This document shows, piece after piece, positions 7,021 to 10,097 of a stretch of DNA of 10,097 nt. The stretch comes from Methanobacterium sp. GTDB lineage: Archaea; Methanobacteriota; Methanobacteria; Methanobacteriales; Methanobacteriaceae. Under the pieces are notes generated by a model. That model searched no databases and was not told the origin of the DNA. It saw only the letters and a list, made by a program, of their open reading frames with translations. The stretch covers positions 561 to 10,657 of the forward strand of contig PMWA01000024.1 of NCBI GenBank assembly GCA_003166335.1, in the 5' to 3' direction. The first letter of the stretch is position 1. Every line of letters starts with the position of its first letter. A program made the position numbers and the translations under genes.

Positions 7021-7824
7021 ATGATTAAATCTCTTTTAAAATCAATTCGTATTGGCTGGGCATCTAAAACCCTTAACATGTTCTTATTAGCATTGAGTTA
7101 TGCTTATTTCTCTGGTTTAATTATTAAAAATCCTTATGAAGTATTGGGAGGTTTGATTTTAGTATGTTTATTGTGGGGAGGTCTTTACAGTTTAAATGAT
7201 TATACTGACATTGAATCGGATCGGGAAAATCCAGAGAAGCAGGATAGAGCTTTTATCCAGGAGAAGGTGGAAGAGAAATCTGTGCTTAGTTTTATAGTAA
7301 TATTAATTATTATAGTATTCATAATTTCACTAATCTTCTATTCACTGATTTTTACTTTAATCTTAGGATTAATGCTTTTAAATCAAATTCTTTATACTTT
7401 ACCTCCTTTCAGATTAAAAAACACAATATTAGCCCCTTTCACTAGTACTGCCACTAATTCCGTACTTAGGACAGCATCATGCTGTGTTTTATTAGGTAAT
7501 TTATTCTTAGTACCGTTACCTGTTTATTTTTTCATCTATTTTGCTGGAATGGGTACGTATTCATTATACAAAAATAAAAAAATATTTTCGCAAATCATAG
7601 TCATTTTAGGAGTAATTACTCTTGGTTATATTTTTTATAACGGAGATATGAATCTGATACAATTCGGAGTGGCGATTTTACCTTCATTAATAGCTGCCAT
7701 TCCACTGTACTTATCATTATTCATTAGTAAAGATAAAATGATGCATCTATCAGATGTAATATACCATCAAGTGGCTCTCGTATTCTTTACGATAACAATA
7801 TTTTACTTACTCTTCATAACTTAA
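7021..7824 (+). CDS. UbiA prenyltransferase-superfamily integral membrane protein
   Basis: Multiple hydrophobic helices. First Asp-rich motif YSLNDYTDIESDRENPEKQDR and YTLPPFRLK (Y..PP.RLK) motif. No obvious second DxxxD motif. Confidence 0.85.
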   Translation: MIKSLLKSIRIGWASKTLNMFLLALSYAYFSGLIIKNPYEVLGGLILVCLLWGGLYSLNDYTDIESDRENPEKQDRAFIQEKVEEKSVLSFIVILIIIVFIISLIFYSLIFTLILGLMLLNQILYTLPPFRLKNTILAPFTSTATNSVLRTASCCVLLGNLFLVPLPVYFFIYFAGMGTYSLYKNKKIFSQIIVILGVITLGYIFYNGDMNLIQFGVAILPSLIAAIPLYLSLFISKDKMMHLSDVIYHQVALVFFTITIFYLLFIT

Positions 7825-7886
7825 TAAAAAAAATTAAATTCATGGTAAGTATATTTGAATAATTATTTTGAACCTAAAACACATCT

Positions 7887-7897
7887 AAAAAAAAAAA
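7887..7897 (-). terminator. Oligo-T terminator of the ferredoxin-GGR unit
   Basis: A11 on the plus strand, i.e. T11 on the minus strand, 5 nt after the GGR stop codon, in the convergent intergenic gap. Confidence 0.55.
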
Positions 7898-7902
7898 TTA
7901 TC

Positions 7903-9087
7903 CTAAAATAGTTTGCCAAGTTTCAAAAGAGCCTTAGGAGAAACCTTAACCAGTACCTTAATGATCTCTTTAGTACTTATTCTTTCAAACTCGGTATTCT
8001 TAAAGGCATCAGCTATAGAGTCAAGTTCTTCATCAGATAAATTTAAAAGATAGTTTTTTACTTTCAACTCTTTTTTAAAGGTTTTGACCATCTCCACCTC
8101 ACATTTATCTTGATACTCTTGCAGTCTTTTCTGTGAGTAATTACCTTCCTCTATTGCTGCGGCTGTCACTTCACCGGCAAAAACTCCTCCTTTCATTGCA
8201 CTGATTATTCCCCCCCCAGTTAAGGGACTAACCTGACTTGCAGCATCACCCACTATTACTAAATTATCTGTAACCAGTTTTTTAAGCATACCACCTACAG
8301 GATCTCCACCAATATTTAATTCTACTGGCTGAGCATTTTGAGTGGACGGACAATTACTTACAAATTCCAGTAAATGTTCATAGGCTGTTTTATCAGTTTT
8401 GGTAGTAATTATTCCTAAACCTACATTAGCGATATCATCTCCCTTAGGGAATATCCAAGCGTAACCTCCTGGAGCTACGCTTCCAAAATAAAATTCTATA
8501 GAGTTAGGATCATCCATTTCCACTCTAGCCATCTCAAACTGTGCGCAAGATTCCATATCTTTGGGTTTAAGTGTTGTTTTAAGACCCGCCCACCTTCCAA
8601 CTCGTGACTCGGGACCATCGGCTGCAATCACTATTTTAGTATGTATATCGAATGATTGATCCATACATTCAGCACTGACAATTATACCCTCTTCACTTCT
8701 TTTAAGTCCTGTAGCGATGGTTTTAACCATGATTTCTACACCTGCACGGGCAGCGTTCATAGCCATATGTTTATCGAAAATCTTCCGCTCTAGAATGTAG
8801 CCCGCTTCAGGCAATTTCACTCGTTCCTCGTTTAGCCAAACACTGGTACCGTTGGGTGATATAAACTTCACTCCAGTTAATTCCTTAGCTATCCATCTAC
8901 TACTGGGTTCTATTCCCAGAGTTTTAAGACCTTCCTTTGAAACTCCCTCTGCACATCTTTTAGGAGTGCCGATCTCAGATTTTTTATCAATCATAAGTAC
9001 TTTTGCACCGTTTAAAGCAGCGTGTTTTGCAGCGGATGAGCCAGCGGGTCCTGCACCTATGACTAGGATATCAGTTTCAATTGACAT
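7903..9087 (-). CDS. Digeranylgeranylglycerophospholipid reductase (archaeal geranylgeranyl reductase, FAD-dependent)
   Basis: Rossmann motif DILVIGAGPAGSSAA, PKRCAEG (conserved Cys), GGR motif PGGYAWIFPKG, ANVGLG and VGDAA.QV.PLTGGGI. Length is 394 aa. SD AGGTGA at 9097-9102. A ferredoxin gene lies immediately upstream. Confidence 0.92.
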   Translation of the reverse strand: MSIETDILVIGAGPAGSSAAKHAALNGAKVLMIDKKSEIGTPKRCAEGVSKEGLKTLGIEPSSRWIAKELTGVKFISPNGTSVWLNEERVKLPEAGYILERKIFDKHMAMNAARAGVEIMVKTIATGLKRSEEGIIVSAECMDQSFDIHTKIVIAADGPESRVGRWAGLKTTLKPKDMESCAQFEMARVEMDDPNSIEFYFGSVAPGGYAWIFPKGDDIANVGLGIITTKTDKTAYEHLLEFVSNCPSTQNAQPVELNIGGDPVGGMLKKLVTDNLVIVGDAASQVSPLTGGGIISAMKGGVFAGEVTAAAIEEGNYSQKRLQEYQDKCEVEMVKTFKKELKVKNYLLNLSDEELDSIADAFKNTEFERISTKEIIKVLVKVSPKALLKLGKLF

Positions 9088-9142
9088 TTCAAAAATTCAC
9101 CTTCAAATTAGTTTTTTTATTTTATATAAATATTCTTTTTCT

Positions 9143-9310
9143 TTATTCCTCTTTAGAGAGAGCCTGCACGGGGCAAACCTGTATACATATTCTGCAGTCT
9201 TTACATTCATTTTCATTGAATATTAAGCAAGATTCCCTGACTTCGATAAGTGAACGGGGACATACACCAGCGCATTCCCCACAATACATGCACCATTCAT
9301 TAACTTTCAT
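9143..9310 (-). CDS. 2[4Fe-4S] ferredoxin, 55 aa (probable electron donor to GGR)
   Basis: Not in the ORF track. Manual translation: MKVNEWCMYCGECAGVCPRSLIEVRESCLIFNENECKDCRICIQVCPVQALSKEE*. Two CxxCxxCxxxCP motifs. SD-like AGGTTGA at 9316-9322. Confidence 0.95.
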   Translation of the reverse strand: MKVNEWCMYCGECAGVCPRSLIEVRESCLIFNENECKDCRICIQVCPVQALSKEE

Positions 9311-9571
9311 AATTATCAACCTTTATCCATCATTTATTTATTAACTATCCGATTAACTTTTTTAACACTTTCATAGTATTTATATTCTATAGTGAATATT
9401 TTTTTATTAAATATTAATTACAAATAAAATCGTTGGATTAAGTTTATTTAAGTAAAGTATAAAAAGTGTGAATAATTAAAGGATATTAATTAAATAAAAA
9501 AAATTATTGAATTGTTATTTTGCCCCCTTTATTTGAGTTCTGGAAAGAAAAAATAATGATTTAGGTGAACA

Positions 9572-10097
9572 ATGTTGAAGAATTCAATGGATATAAGAAA
9601 AATAACATTAAATGATAATGAAAATTATCTTATTGACGATCAGCCAGAATTAGATGATGTTTTTAATGATGAAGATGAACAATTAATAATTGTAGATGAT
9701 GTAATAAATTATAAATGGCAGATTGATAATCACGGAATTTTTCAATATGTAAACTCCTCCTTAGAGTGTTCTATAGGATATAATGCTTCAGATATTATAG
9801 GTAAATCTTTTTTTGATTCTTTTGAATTCCTGCATCCTGATGATTTGGAGAAAACTAAATATTTATTCCAGAGATGTGTTACAACCTCATCTCATGAAAG
9901 GATTCACGCTCGTTTTAAACATGCTGATGGTAATTATGTTTTTTTAGAAGTTAATTTAAATCCCATATTAGATGATGAGAATATAGTTACAGGAGTGTTT
10001 TTCAGTTCACATGACATAACAAAGCAGAAGATAATGGAGAAGAAATTACAGGTTAGTCAGGAGAATTTCAAAAGCATTTTTTATCAGTCACCCATAG
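9572..10097 (+). CDS. PAS-domain sensor protein, probably a multi-PAS histidine kinase (3' end truncated by the window edge)
   Basis: Not in the ORF track. SD AGGTGA at 9563-9568, ATG at 9572, open to the window end: MLKNSMDIRK...WQIDNHGIFQYVNSS...GYNASDIIGKSFF...LHPDDLEK...ARFKHADGNYVFLE...PILDDENIVTGVFFSSHDITKQKIMEKKLQVSQENFKSIFYQSPI. This is a complete PAS/PAC, a coiled linker and the start of a second PAS. The output domain is not visible. Confidence 0.88.
   Translation, partial: MLKNSMDIRKITLNDNENYLIDDQPELDDVFNDEDEQLIIVDDVINYKWQIDNHGIFQYVNSSLECSIGYNASDIIGKSFFDSFEFLHPDDLEKTKYLFQRCVTTSSHERIHARFKHADGNYVFLEVNLNPILDDENIVTGVFFSSHDITKQKIMEKKLQVSQENFKSIFYQSPI

Noticed and set aside
7021..7824. 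Calling this gene DGGGP synthase because it neighbours GGR
   Set aside because: It lacks the second Asp-rich motif and is convergent with GGR, not co-transcribed with it.
8210..8217. C8 homopolymer (G8 on the coding strand) as a phase-variation tract
   Set aside because: It encodes the conserved TGGGI motif of GGR, the frame is intact, and the gene is a housekeeping lipid enzyme.
8852..9344. Plus-strand 124-aa and 87-aa ORFs
   Set aside because: Antisense to GGR and to the clearly real minus-strand ferredoxin.
9410..9500. Imperfect direct repeat ATATTAATTA(C)AAATAAAA in the divergent promoter region
   Set aside because: Only two almost pure A/T copies in very AT-rich DNA, which is expected by chance. 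There is no spacer periodicity, so it is not CRISPR-like.

Overview
AT-rich archaeal chromosomal window. The gene content (ArcS, geranylgeranyl reductase plus ferredoxin, AGGTGA/GGAGG ribosome-binding sites, T-tract terminators) points to a methanogen, most plausibly Methanobacterium/Methanobacteriaceae; this is an inference. Minus strand, read right to left: a rubredoxin-fused ThDP/FAD pyruvate-oxidase-like enzyme (4187-5944), a glutamate-synthase FMN-domain protein with an N-terminal 10-Cys DUF2769-like domain (2617-4119), an orphan cytoplasmic PAS histidine kinase with a Cys/His cluster (1373-2500), a short ArcS-type archaeosine synthase (349-1263) and a DUF59/SufT-like gene that runs off the left edge (<1-215, missing from the ORF track). 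Divergent on the plus strand: an uncharacterised P-loop NTPase (6198-6950) and an atypical UbiA-family membrane transferase (7021-7824). These converge on a ferredoxin (9143-9310, missing from the ORF track) plus geranylgeranyl reductase (7903-9087) unit. A PAS-domain sensor starts at 9572 and runs off the right edge. No RNA genes, CRISPR arrays or mobile elements were seen. The best candidates for an undescribed system are the rubredoxin-POX / DUF2769-GltB2 / Cys-PAS kinase redox module and the NTPase + UbiA-like pair. All family calls come from motif recognition by eye, not database searches.
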